In this document: positions 1 through 10,132 of the stretch, piece after piece
Position numbering within the stretch: the first letter of the stretch is position 1
Layout: each line of letters opens with the position of its first letter
Assembly (NCBI GenBank): GCA_963832165.1
Contig: CAWHTE010000003.1
Location: 32,001 to 96,000 of the forward strand
Length of the DNA stretch: 64,000 bases
Source of the DNA: an uncultured delta proteobacterium
GTDB lineage: Bacteria > Myxococcota_A > UBA9160 > SMWR01
Reading direction: 5' to 3'
Program-made: the position numbers and the translations under genes
The notes under the pieces: generated by a model
What the model was told of the DNA's origin: nothing
Database searches by the model: none
The model's input: the letters and a program-made list of their open reading frames with translations, nothing else

Positions 1-1675
1 CGCATAGCCTTCGCCCCAGTACTTTCCCGCCTGCCAGAAGATCCACCCCCAGGCGTGTCCAGCTTGCGAGTGCGCGAGCACCCAGCTCGAGAGCGGCGAG
101 TACTCTGGGCGGGGGCCGAGGCCGATCCGGAGCATGCCGCCATCGCTGGGCAGATCGGCTACGAGCCAGGTGGATCCGCGCAGCAGGTCGAGCGGGTCCC
201 CCGAAGCGAAGCTGCGCGTGCTCGGCCAGTAGTCGAGCACGAGCGCCGCAAGGACCGCGGCGGGCAGCGCCCGGCCGAGCGGCCATGGCGCCGCGCGCCG
301 TGCAAGAGCGGCGAGGCAGACCGCGAACCAGAGCGAGAGCGCGAACGGCGCGGTGTCGAAGAAGTGCCCCGGCGAGCGCTGCACCGCGAACATGGGCAGC
401 CATGCGCACGCGTTCCAGAGCGAGGCCGTGGGAAAGAATGCGAGCAGCGCCGCGGCGAGCCAGGGTCCCACGCGCGCGGGCGCCGCATCGCTCGAGCCGC
501 GTCGCGCCCGCCACCACTGCACGGCCGCGACGATCGCGCACAGCGCGGCTCCCGCGCGCAGCGCGACCGCGATCCGCGCCTCGGTGACCGTCCGCCCAGT
601 GCAGCGCTCCGGCCACCTGCCAGAGCAGCGTGCGCGGCCCGAGCGCGAGCCAGTACTGGAGCAGGAACGCGAGGCCCGCGAGCGCCGCCCAACGCCGCAG
701 TCGGGGCTCGCGCCGCAGGGCGAGCGATCCGACCGCGATCACCGCGATCAGCACCGCGCCGAGGTAGCGCTGTCCGCCATCGGGGATCGCCATGCCGTAG
801 CGCGGCTGGTGCTCTGCGAGCCACGGACCGAGTACGTCGTCGCGGTTGACGAACAGGAACGGCGAGCGCTCCACGTAGATGCCGCGCTGTTGCTCGGTGA
901 TCTCCGCGGGCATCAGGCCGTGATTCTTCGCATCGATCGCGAGCCATGCGATCGGGGAGGCCGCGAACGCGGCGAAGACCGCGAGCGCGGCCAGCATGCG
1001 CAGCGACCAGCGCCGCACGAGCGCAGCGTCGCGCCAGGTCGCGCGCTCGTCCGGATCGGTGCTCCAGGGCCGGAACAGCGCGAGGCCGAGCACGACGAGC
1101 GGCGCGGTGGCCGCGTGCACCCAGCTGTTCGCGAACTGACAGGCGACCGCGAGGCCGAGCGCGATCGCAAAGCGCGCGCCCCCGCGGCGCAGGAGCTCGA
1201 TCGCGGCGATCCAGAGGAAGGGCAGGAGCGCCGTGGCCACGGCCACGTCGAGGTGCTCGATCTGGTGGTTCGCGATCGCGCCATACGAGTAGGCGTACCC
1301 CGCAGCGATCCCGATCGCGGGTGCCGCGAGCTCGCGGGCGACCAGCCAGTAGAGCCCGAACGCGCCGATCACGCGCAGCAGCACGAACGCGAGCTTGGTC
1401 GCGAGCACGGAATCGAAGGCGACCGCGAGCGGGAAGACCCCGATCTCCTTCCAGTTCGGCGTGAAGTTCGTGGTGCCGCCGTAGCACTCGATGCACCAGG
1501 CGGGCACGCGGCCGTACTCGAGCAGCGCGTCGCGCACGTACTGGATCTGAGCCGCATAGCCCGGGAAGTCGCCGGGCGGCATGCGGTCGTCCGTGAACCA
1601 CGCGCGGGTCTGGATCGCGGCCGCGAGCGCGAACGCGAGCAGCGCGACGAGGTGCCATGCGCGGTGGGAATTCAC
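1..1675 (-). CDS. Polytopic membrane protein, YfhO/GT-C glycosyltransferase-like (runs off the left edge)
   Basis: Absent from the ORF track. Hand translation from GTG at 1675 gives MNSHRAWHLVALLAFALAAAIQTRAWFTDDRMPPGDFPGY...GRVPAWCIECYGG followed by many hydrophobic segments. TM1, an acidic loop and a PxW...GG motif are typical of YfhO/PTPS-related GT-C proteins. Confidence 0.6.
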   Translation of the reverse strand, partial: MNSHRAWHLVALLAFALAAAIQTRAWFTDDRMPPGDFPGYAAQIQYVRDALLEYGRVPAWCIECYGGTTNFTPNWKEIGVFPLAVAFDSVLATKLAFVLLRVIGAFGLYWLVARELAAPAIGIAAGYAYSYGAIANHQIEHLDVAVATALLPFLWIAAIELLRRGGARFAIALGLAVACQFANSWVHAATAPLVVLGLALFRPWSTDPDERATWRDAALVRRWSLRMLAALAVFAAFAASPIAWLAIDAKNHGLMPAEITEQQRGIYVERSPFLFVNRDDVLGPWLAEHQPRYGMAIPDGGQRYLGAVLIAVIAVGSLALRREPRLRRWAALAGLAFLLQYWLALGPRTLLWQVAGALHWADGHRGADRGRAARGSRAVRDRRGRAVVAGATRLERCGARARGTLARRGAARILSHGLALERVRMAAHVRGAALAGALLRHRAVRALALVRGLPRRSCTARGAMAARPGAARRGPCGARARLLAEHAQLRFGGPARPAARIHLARSRSAQRWRHAPDRPRPPPRVLAALELGARALASWTRLGVDLLAGGKVLGRRLC

Positions 1676-1717
1676 GCGCGGATTCTCACCGATCCCGCGC
1701 GCAGTCGCGAAGCGGTG

Positions 1718-4700
1718 TCAGGCGCGGTCGGCCGTCCGGCGCCGCCGCAGCCAGGCGAGCAGGGGCAGCGCGCAGCCGAGCGCGGCCCACGCACCGGGCT
1801 CGGGCAGGTACTCGACGACCAGGTCGTCGGTGCGCAGCCCCGCGCCCGTGAGGTCGTTGTTGACGACGAAGTCGAGCGTGTTCACGCCGTGTGCGAAGGC
1901 GCCGGGGAAGCTGCCTTCGTCGATCTGGAGCGCGTGCCACGCATTCGACCCGTTCGATGCGGAAGTGTGGCCCGTCGACGTGCCGTTGATCCGGATGTCG
2001 GTCGTGCCGTTCTGCGAGCTCCAGCGTCCCGTGAGGGTGACCGAGCTCAGCACCGCGTCGGCGGGGATCGTGAACGAGGTGCGGATCGTGTGGGCTCCGG
2101 GCAGCGAGCCCACCTCGAGCCACTGCGAGTCGGGCTCGGTGTGCGCGCAGTCGACCCAGCCCGGCGATGCGCAGCCGACCTGATCGCTGTTCGAGCCCGG
2201 CGGCCCGGCCGTGACCGCGTAGTGCGGATCGTCGCTGCCCGCCGCGAGCTTGGCAAAGGCCGCGTCGAGGCCGGTGTCGAAGAGATCGGTGACCGTCGCG
2301 GTCCCGACCGGCGGCGGCTGCACGTCGCCCGGATCGAGCTCGGCGAGGAACGCCGCGATCGCGCTGCGCTCGGCCGGCGTCGTGGATTCATTGGAGTGGG
2401 CCGCGATCGCCGCCTCGAGCGTCGCCGCGGAGCCGTCGTGGAGGTAGGGCGCGGTGGATCCGACACCGATCAGCGTCGGCGTGTCGAAGCCGTCGAGCGG
2501 TCCCTGGAGCCGGTGCCCGCTGCCCGCGTGGATCGTGCCGACGTCGTGACGCGCGTCGGGCGCGCTGTCGGTGAAGGTGGTGCCGGCGTGGCAGGTGCCG
2601 CAGCCGTGCTCTGCGAACGCGACGCGACCCTCCTGGGCCAGCGCCGAGAACGCGCCGCCCGCGCGCTGCGCGCTCGCGGGTGCGCTCGCGAGCGAGCCGA
2701 GGTAGGCCGCCAGCGCGTCGAGATCGGCGCTGAATCCGGCCTTCGGATCGCCCAGCGGCTGCGCGCGCGTGCCCGCAAAGAAGTCCGCGTTGTTCATGAG
2801 GCCGCTGCCGCCCGCGAGCGTGCGGATCTGGCCCTCGAAGTCCTGCACCTCGTCGAAGTTGCTGGTCCAGTGCAGGGGGCCCTGACCCAGGCCGGCCTTG
2901 CCGCGCAGATCGCTCGTGTTGCGCAGGCCTTCGCCGAAGCCCGAGAGATCCCAGACGCGGCCGTCCTGGCCGCCGTCGTTGTGGCACGACGCGCACGACA
3001 TGTAGTTGTCGCGCGCGAGCCGGTCGTCGGCCGCGTCGTAGAAGAGCCGCTTGCCGAGCAGCACGTTGGCGGGCATCTGCTCGGAAGCCACGGTCGTGAC
3101 GGTTCCGAGCAGCGGAGCCTGCGTCACGTGCAGCGCGACCATGTTCGTGACGTCGAAGCGCGTCAGGGTGCGATCCATGAAGTTGTGCACGTAGAGCGTG
3201 CGGCCGTTGCTCGAGAACGCGACGCCCTGCGGCGCGCGGCCGACGGCGAGCCGCGTCAGCTGGAAGCCCTGGGTCGTGTCGTAGACCGCCACCTCTTTGC
3301 TGGTCTCGAGCGCGACGAAGAGATACCGGCCGTCGCCCGTGACCGCGGCGCCGGTCGCTAAGCCCGCGTTGTCGTGGTCGATCCGCTGTCCGGTCTGTTC
3401 GGTGCCGCTCGGCAGATCCACCACCGAGGTCACCGCGCGCACGGTCTGGTCGAACGTCATGCCCGTGTTTCCGCGGTAGGCGCCGCCTCGCACGTTGTCC
3501 TGCTTCGACGGCACGTAGGCCTTCGAGCCGAAGAGCACTGGGGCGTTCAGGTAGTTCGCGATGCCCGGGCCCGAGACCTCGGCCGGCGGGCGACTCGAGT
3601 AGCCGAACGTGACCGTCTGCGAGAGCGTCATCGCGCCCGTCGCCACCGCGAACAGCTGGCCGCCGCCGCCGCTCACGTCGATCTGGTCGTCCTCACCCGG
3701 CAGCGGCGGGGTGACGAAGTTCGTGACGTAGAGCGTCTGGCCGTCGGCGCTCACGGCGAGATGGCGCGGCTTGCCGGAGAGCGCGGCACTGGCCGAGAGC
3801 GCTCCCGTCGAACGCGTGCGCTTGTCCACGCGCGCGAGCGCCTCGAGCGCGACGAAGAACGTGTCGCTGCCGGGTGCGAACGAGATGCCGTGCGGCTGCG
3901 AAGCCACGGGCAGCGTGACCGTGCGCACCACCGCGAGCGTCTGCGTGCTGATCACCGAGATCGTCGCCGATCCCTTGTTCGCGACGAACACCTCGTTCGC
4001 GAGCGGCGCCTTGGCGAGCGACCACGGGCGGTCGCCGACCTGGATCTCCGCGACGACCGCGCCCGCGGCGCTCGTGACGGTGACCGAGTGATTGTCCGGA
4101 TTCACGTTCCAGATGCGGTCGGCGCCGCTGCTGCCCTCGACGATCAGCGTCGTCGAGTGGAACGGAGCGGAGACGGGCGTCACGCCGTGCTCGGGCAGCC
4201 ACTTGGCGGGATCGCTCGGGAACGCGTCGGAGTTGTCGCCGTGGCCGTCGCCGTCGGTGTCGTCCCACTCGGTGGGATCGTTCGGGAAGGCATCCTCCGA
4301 GTCGGGCACGCCGTCGCCGTCGCTGTCCACGGGCGGCGGCGGCGGACCCACGTACACGAGGCGCATCCAGTCGAGCTTCGTGCCGGCTTCGCGGTGGATC
4401 ACCTCGACCGTGTGAGGTCCCGCGCCGAGCGTCACGAGCACGGGGTCGGTGGCCGTGAGCGCGTCGGAGACGAAGTCGGTCTGCCATGCGCTGTTGACGG
4501 GTATCTCCCAGTCGATGCCGCTGCTGGGCAGGCCGTCGACGAGGACCCAGAACGAATTCTGCCCGCTGGTCGCCGCGAGGACGCGACCTTCGAGCTTGTA
4601 CTGCCCGGGCTGCGCCACCGTGAACGTGAGCGCTCCCCGGCTGCGTGCTGGTCGGGCCGCTCGTCGACGCGGTGCCGCTCGGCAGCCAGATGTAGCGGCC

Positions 4701-7055
4701 GTTGCGCGCCGCTGCGTCGAGACCGACCGTGAGCGAGCCCGCGAGCACGGCGCTCTCGGCCTCGAGATCGAGGGGGTCGCCGGTGCCGCCGTCGTTGCGC
4801 AGCACCTGGAAGGTCTGGCCGATCGACGGCACGCCCGCGCTGTCGACCGCGAAGATCCAGTAGTAGCCCGGGATCAGCACGTTCGGGTTCGGCTCGAGCT
4901 GCACTGCGTAGGAGCCGTCGCCGTTGTCGGTGAAGGGGAGCGGCAGATAGCGCTGATCGGTGTTCATCGCGTGCGTGGTCGCCGAGAGCCGCACCATGCT
5001 GAACTTCGCGATCGTTCCCGTCGCGAACACGGTGATCTCGCCGCCTGCCTCGCCGATCGCGGGCGCCGCCGTGATCGCGGGCCGGCTCGCCAGGCTGCCG
5101 TCCGAGTTGAACAGGTACGGCGGCGAGAAGATCTGTCCGTCGAGATGGTTCGCGGCACAGCCGTCGCCGCACGCGCCGCCGCCCGCCGACAGCACGCGAG
5201 CGTCCTTGAGCAGGAGCGCGGTCGAGTGGTAGGTGCGGGCCACGGCCATGTTCGCGAGCGTGCGCCACTGGTTCGTGGTGGGGTTCCAGGCCTCGGCGGC
5301 GAAGACGGAGCCCGCGTCGTTGAACTGCACGCCGGTGTTGTTGCCGCCGATCACGAGCACCTCGCCGGTCGGCAGCGTCACCGAGTTGTGGAACGCGCGC
5401 GCAAACGCCATCGGCGCCGCCGACGAGATCACGGGGCTCGGGCCGTTGAGGTCGATCTGATAGACCGCGCTCGTGGTCGCGGGATTCTGGGTGCGGTCCG
5501 AGCCGCCCACGAGCAGCACCTTGCCCGCGCCGTAGGTGACCGCGTTGCCCCACATCCGCGTGCGCGTGCCCGCGGGCTGGCCGAGCGACTGCACGCTGCC
5601 CGAGTTGCGCGGATCGAACAGGTGCCAGGTCTGGGTCGGCCCGCCGTGAAAGACGCGCCCGTCCGGCGCCACGGCCATCTGACCCCACCACTCCAGCCCG
5701 CCGGCGGGGTTGGCGTCGTTCTGACCGTTCTCGGCGTTCTGCTCGTTGAGCAGGTCCTGCATCGTCGCGCCGGTGGTCGCGATCCAGTTGTTGGTCGCGG
5801 TGTTGTAGCGCTCGGAGGTGTTGCCGGCTCCGTTCGCGAAGGTCGCGAACAGCTCGTTGCTCGGCAGCGCGAGCACGGTGCTGTACCAGCGGTTCTGGTT
5901 CATGTTGTCGATCGCCTGCCACGCGAGCGTCGACGGGTTGAACGAGCTCGTGCGCGTGTCGAACGGATTGCCGCCGGCCGCGACGATCCGGCCGTCCTCG
6001 AGCGTGGAGACGCCCGCGCAGAACATGTCGTGGAAGTTGCTGTTGGTGGTCTGGAACGTGCTCGCGCTCGGGTCGAACACCGAGGAGTAGGTGAACTCCC
6101 GGTTGCTCGGGAATTCGTTCGTCTCGGTCGACGACCACGAGAGCACGCGCCCGTCGGGCAGGTTGGCCGCGCTGATCGCGATGTGCGGCCACGCGATCAC
6201 GGGGCCCCAGGATCCGAGCGTTGACACGGGGGGCGGCGGGGGTGGGGGCGGCGGCTCTCCTCCCGCGACGGCCGTGTTCATGTCGTTCTGGATCTCGGAC
6301 TGCGAGAGCGCGCGGTTGTAGATCCGCAGCTCGTCGATTCGTCCCGGGAAGAACTCGTCGCTGTAGGTGTTGCCCCCGATGCGGAGCGGGTTGTTATTGA
6401 CCTCGAGGCTGCCAGTGCGGCTCTGGCTGCCCACCTGGGTTCCGTTCAGGTACAGGCGCAGCGACGCTCCGTCGTAGGTGCCGGCCATGTAGGTCCACTC
6501 GTTCAAGGGCAGCGCGTTCGGTCCTTGCGCGGTGGTGCAACAGTTCCCAGCGAACGTCCCGCCGACTCCCACCTTGTTGCTGCTCGTGTTGGCGTTCAGG
6601 TAATAGGCATCTACTTCCTTCTGCAGGATCACCTTCCAGTCCGACATCGCCGACGTCGGATACACCCAGGCCTCGATCGTCATGCCCGTCGTCAGATCGA
6701 GCGAGCTCGAATCCGGGATCAGCACGACGTCGTTCGTGCCGTCGAAACTCAGCGCCGGGCCGTAGCGGCCCGACGGCGTCCGGATCGCGCCGCTGATCGA
6801 GCCGTGGTTCCCCAACCCCGAGGCGTCGGCGACGGTGGGCCCGCTCGCTTCGTCGAACGCGTACGCAGCGACAAGGCCCGACTGGGCCGAAGCCGTGCCC
6901 GCGGCGAGCGAGAGCGCGAGCGACGCAGCCCAGGCTGCCAGGCGGGAGTGGGGGGGTAGGGCTCTCGGCACGGCGGCGTTCGGCTCCCGGGGTGGATCGC
7001 GAGGCGAATGCCCGCCATTCCAAGTGGCCGCGAGTGGCTGGAAGGTTACAGCCAT
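1718..7055 (-). CDS. Large secreted multidomain protein: LamG, galactose-oxidase-like copper radical oxidase (kelch + Ig), CBM-like, TSP3 repeats, YVTN propeller, di-haem cytochrome c, PEP-CTERM; one frameshift near 4635-4645
   Basis: Joins ORF 3693..7055 (valid down to ~4640) and ORF 1718..4618. Motifs: HDMFCAG, NRWYST, ARTYHSTALL, SATTHAMNTDQR (CRO ligands); DSDGDGVPDSEDAFPNDP (TSP3); CASCH and CGTCH; TAPYLHDG; C-terminal LPEPGAWAALGCALPLLAWLRRRR. Confidence 0.85.
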
Positions 7056-7183
7056 GGTCGGGATTCCGATCCCGGCCCCCCGTCGGAGCCGGAAGCGCCG
7101 CAGAAACGGGTGAATTCAGCGGCGAGCTGCGCGTGGCTGTCACCGTCGGCGCAGCGCCGCCAGGACGGGCAGGGCGCGCGCGC

Positions 7184-8443
7184 CTAGGTTGGATCCAGCG
7201 CGCGCAAAAAGGAAGCGAGATTCGCGAGGTCGGGGTCCGAAAGTTCGAGCGCGCGCGGCAGTTCGTGCGGCACGGACGCCTTGTCCGGCGGATGCCGGTA
7301 GAACTCGAGTACCTGTTCGAGGGTAGAGAAGCGCCCGTCGTGCAGGTACGGAGCGGTCGACGAGAGATTGCGCAGTCCGGGCGTCCGAAACGCGCCGCGC
7401 TGCAGCGTCTGAATCTCGCTTCCGAATCCCCCGGTGGGTCCCAGGCAGTCCGAGCTGGGGGATCCATCCCGGAACCGGGTCTCGCAATTGAACTCGAAGT
7501 CGCGCAGGAGCTGCCGTCCCTGGGCGCGCCCGAGGTCCTCGTTGGGCGTCCCGAGATCGCCGGTTCCGATGTTGTGGAACAGGCGGTCCGTGAACAGCGG
7601 GCCGTGGTGACAGGAGAGACAGCCGCTGCGACCCGAGAGGAACACCTCGAGGCCGGCCACCTCGCGCGCGTCGAGATGGTCCAGCGCGTCGCGGTCGCGG
7701 CCCGCGAGCACCGCGTCCACATACGCGTCGAAGCGCGAGGGCCGCGAGCGCAGCGTGCGCTGGTAGGCCGCCAGCGCCTTGCCCAGATTCACGAAGGCGT
7801 GCGTGAGCGCGCTGCGATCGGCCTCGGGCAGCGCCGTCCAGGCCGCGCGCGCGGCGCTGTCGCCGTGCGGACCCGCGTCGGGGCGCAGCGTCTGCCAACG
7901 CACGCTCGGCAGCGGTCCGAACGCGCGCTCGTAGTGCTGCGCGAGCGACGGGTCGGCGGCGACGCGGTGCACGATCGCCGTGCGGCTTCCGCCCATCTCG
8001 TCGGGGGCCTCGAGCGGCCCCAGCGCCTGCGACCACAGGCTGTCGGCGCGCCCGTCCCAGAACAGCCAGCGCTGGTAGCCCACGTCGAGCAGCGAGGGCG
8101 CGTTCCGGCGCATCGTCGCGTGCCCGACCGAGCGCGCGCGTCCGTCGCTGAACGCGCGTTCCGGCAGATGGCAGGTCTGGCACGCGATCTCTCCGTTGCG
8201 GGAGAGCGACGGATCCGCGAACAGCGCTGCGCCGAGCGCGGCCGCGGCCGGATCGTCGCCCGCCGCATTGCCGCGGTCGGGAGGCGGCTCCGGCAGCGCC
8301 GAGATCCGCATCGTCGCGAGCAGTGCGCGCTCGCCGTCCGTCCACGAGCGGGGTACGCGCGCGTCAGCGTTCTGCGCACTGCCGCCGCACGCAGCGCACG
8401 CGAGCGCGAGCAGCAGCGCTCCTGCGCGGCTCGCGCGGATCAC
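7184..8443 (-). CDS. Di-haem cytochrome c peroxidase/MauG-family lipoprotein
   Basis: GTG start at 8443 overlaps the upstream stop. Lipobox-like LALAC; motifs CQTCH, LFWDGRADSL, CLSCH, FRTPGLRN, TAPYLHDG. Confidence 0.85.
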   Translation of the reverse strand: MIRASRAGALLLALACAACGGSAQNADARVPRSWTDGERALLATMRISALPEPPPDRGNAAGDDPAAAALGAALFADPSLSRNGEIACQTCHLPERAFSDGRARSVGHATMRRNAPSLLDVGYQRWLFWDGRADSLWSQALGPLEAPDEMGGSRTAIVHRVAADPSLAQHYERAFGPLPSVRWQTLRPDAGPHGDSAARAAWTALPEADRSALTHAFVNLGKALAAYQRTLRSRPSRFDAYVDAVLAGRDRDALDHLDAREVAGLEVFLSGRSGCLSCHHGPLFTDRLFHNIGTGDLGTPNEDLGRAQGRQLLRDFEFNCETRFRDGSPSSDCLGPTGGFGSEIQTLQRGAFRTPGLRNLSSTAPYLHDGRFSTLEQVLEFYRHPPDKASVPHELPRALELSDPDLANLASFLRALDPT

Positions 8444-9669
8444 CGCGCGGGCTCCACGCTCGAGAGCGCGCGCAGGAAGCGCTCGAGATCCTCGAGCTCG
8501 CGCTCGCGCAGACCCAGCGCGCGCAGCTCGTGGGCGGGATCCGCCGGCGGCGAGTTGTAGTAGTCGAGCACCTCGCGCAGCGTCGCGAAGCGGCCATCGT
8601 GCAGATACGGCGCGGTCTTGGCGACGTCGCGCAACGTCGGAGTCTTGTACGCGCCCTCGAGCGGGATGTGGGCGTCGCGCGAGAGGAAGCGAAGCTCGCT
8701 GCAGGCGTTCTCGGGCGCGTCGCTGTAGGGCCCCGCGCAGTTGAACACGTCGAGCAGCACTCCCTGGATGCCGAGCGCGCGCCCGAAGTCGAGCGTCGTG
8801 CCGGAGAAGGTGCCCGTGCCGAGATTGTGAAAGCCGCCGTTGGTGAGCTGCGGGCCGTTGTGGCACTGCATGCACTGCGTGCGCACGGGGTCGATGAACA
8901 GGCGCAGGCCCGAGACCTCGCGCGCATCGAGCAGCTGCGCCGCGCGGTCGGCGTGCCCCGCGCGCAGCGCGTCGACATAGAGATCGAAGCGCGAGTCGCC
9001 GGGCAGGAGCGTGCGCTCGAACGCCTCGAGCGCCTTGCCGAGGTTCGAGTACGCGCGGTCGATCTGATCGCGCCGCGCCTGCGGCAATCGCTGCCACTCC
9101 GCGCGCGCCGCGTCGCCCGCGAGCGGACCCGCGGGCTTGCTCAGTGCGGCGCCGAGCAGATCGGGGGGCAGGGGGCCGAAGATCGCCTCGTAGTCGGCGC
9201 GGTAGCGCGCGTCACTCGCGATCCGGCGCACGACTTCGGTTCGGGTCCCGCCGATCTCGTCGCTGGCTTCGAATGGAACGAGCGCTTGCGCCCAGAGCGA
9301 GTCGCGCCGGCCATCCCAGGTGAACCAGCTGCCGAACGCGGCGCCGACCACGCTCGGCGCGTTGCGGCCCGCGGGCCCCACCGAGCGCGCGCGTCCGTCG
9401 GTGTAGTGTCGCTCGGGCTGGTGGCAGGTCGCGCACGCGGTCTTGCCGGCTGCGCCGAATCCGGGATCGAAGAAGAGCCGCCGGCCGAGCGCTGCCGCGC
9501 GCGGGTCGTCCGCGACGCGATTCGAGGGCGAAGGCGGCGGCGTGCGCTCGAGTCGCAGCGAGCCGAGCACGCGCACGTCGCGCTCGCTCCACGGCGGTGT
9601 CTCTCCCGCACGCGCCGCCGTGGCAAGCGCGAGTGCGGCGAAGAGTGCCGTGGTGCAGCGCGCGCGCAT
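8440..9669 (-). CDS. Di-haem cytochrome c peroxidase/MauG-family protein
   Basis: Signal peptide; LGRRLFFDP, CATCH, TWDGRRDSL, CMQCH, YKTPTLRDV, TAPYLHDG. Confidence 0.9.
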   Translation of the reverse strand: MRARCTTALFAALALATAARAGETPPWSERDVRVLGSLRLERTPPPSPSNRVADDPRAAALGRRLFFDPGFGAAGKTACATCHQPERHYTDGRARSVGPAGRNAPSVVGAAFGSWFTWDGRRDSLWAQALVPFEASDEIGGTRTEVVRRIASDARYRADYEAIFGPLPPDLLGAALSKPAGPLAGDAARAEWQRLPQARRDQIDRAYSNLGKALEAFERTLLPGDSRFDLYVDALRAGHADRAAQLLDAREVSGLRLFIDPVRTQCMQCHNGPQLTNGGFHNLGTGTFSGTTLDFGRALGIQGVLLDVFNCAGPYSDAPENACSELRFLSRDAHIPLEGAYKTPTLRDVAKTAPYLHDGRFATLREVLDYYNSPPADPAHELRALGLRERELEDLERFLRALSSVEPAR

Positions 9670-9672
9670 GCT

Positions 9673-10113
9673 TCAGAAGTCGATCGCCATGTCGAAGCGC
9701 AGGAGATCGCGCCGCATCGCCGTCTCCACGCGCACTTCGAGCACCCAGGTGCCGTGCATGTTCAACTTCAACCCCTCGATGCGATAGAGCCCGTCGCCCA
9801 TCTCTTCGGTGACCTGCGGCTGGGTCGGGAGCCCGTGCCCGTGGCTCGGCATCCCGCCCGAGATCGAGACGAGAGCGCTTGTGACCGCGGCGCCGCCCGG
9901 CTCGCGCAGCTCGAGGATCCAGGTCTGGAACCGGCCCACCTCGACCGCACCGGATTCCGGCGCGAGCCGGCCCGTCAGGCCGCGGTCGGAGGTCGCCCGC
10001 CAGCCCGGTCGATCGGGGTCGGGCTCGGCGGGCTCGGGAGCGCGGACTTCACGGGCGCAGCCGGCGATGAAGAGGCAGGCCCACAGCGCGACGCCGATCG
10101 CGACACGTTTCAC
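9673..10113 (-). CDS. YtkA/FixH-like lipoprotein
   Basis: Lipobox FIAGC; GGMPSHGHGLPTQP and GLYRIEGLKLNMHGTW are characteristic of YtkA-like Ig domains. Confidence 0.75.
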   Translation of the reverse strand: MKRVAIGVALWACLFIAGCAREVRAPEPAEPDPDRPGWRATSDRGLTGRLAPESGAVEVGRFQTWILELREPGGAAVTSALVSISGGMPSHGHGLPTQPQVTEEMGDGLYRIEGLKLNMHGTWVLEVRVETAMRRDLLRFDMAIDF

Positions 10114-10132
10114 GCGCCGATTGTACAGCGCG

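Noticed and set aside
4200..4330. Short internal DNA repeats
   Set aside because: They encode TSP3-type Ca-binding protein repeats within the large CDS.
6228..6255. G-rich runs (also near 4330) as G-quadruplex or regulatory repeats
   Set aside because: Explained by poly-proline linker codons on the minus strand.
7184..10113. Methylamine dehydrogenase (mau) or methanobactin (mbn) cluster
   Set aside because: No mauAB/DE, mbnABC, MbnP or TonB receptor genes are recognisable nearby; only the di-haem family is shared.
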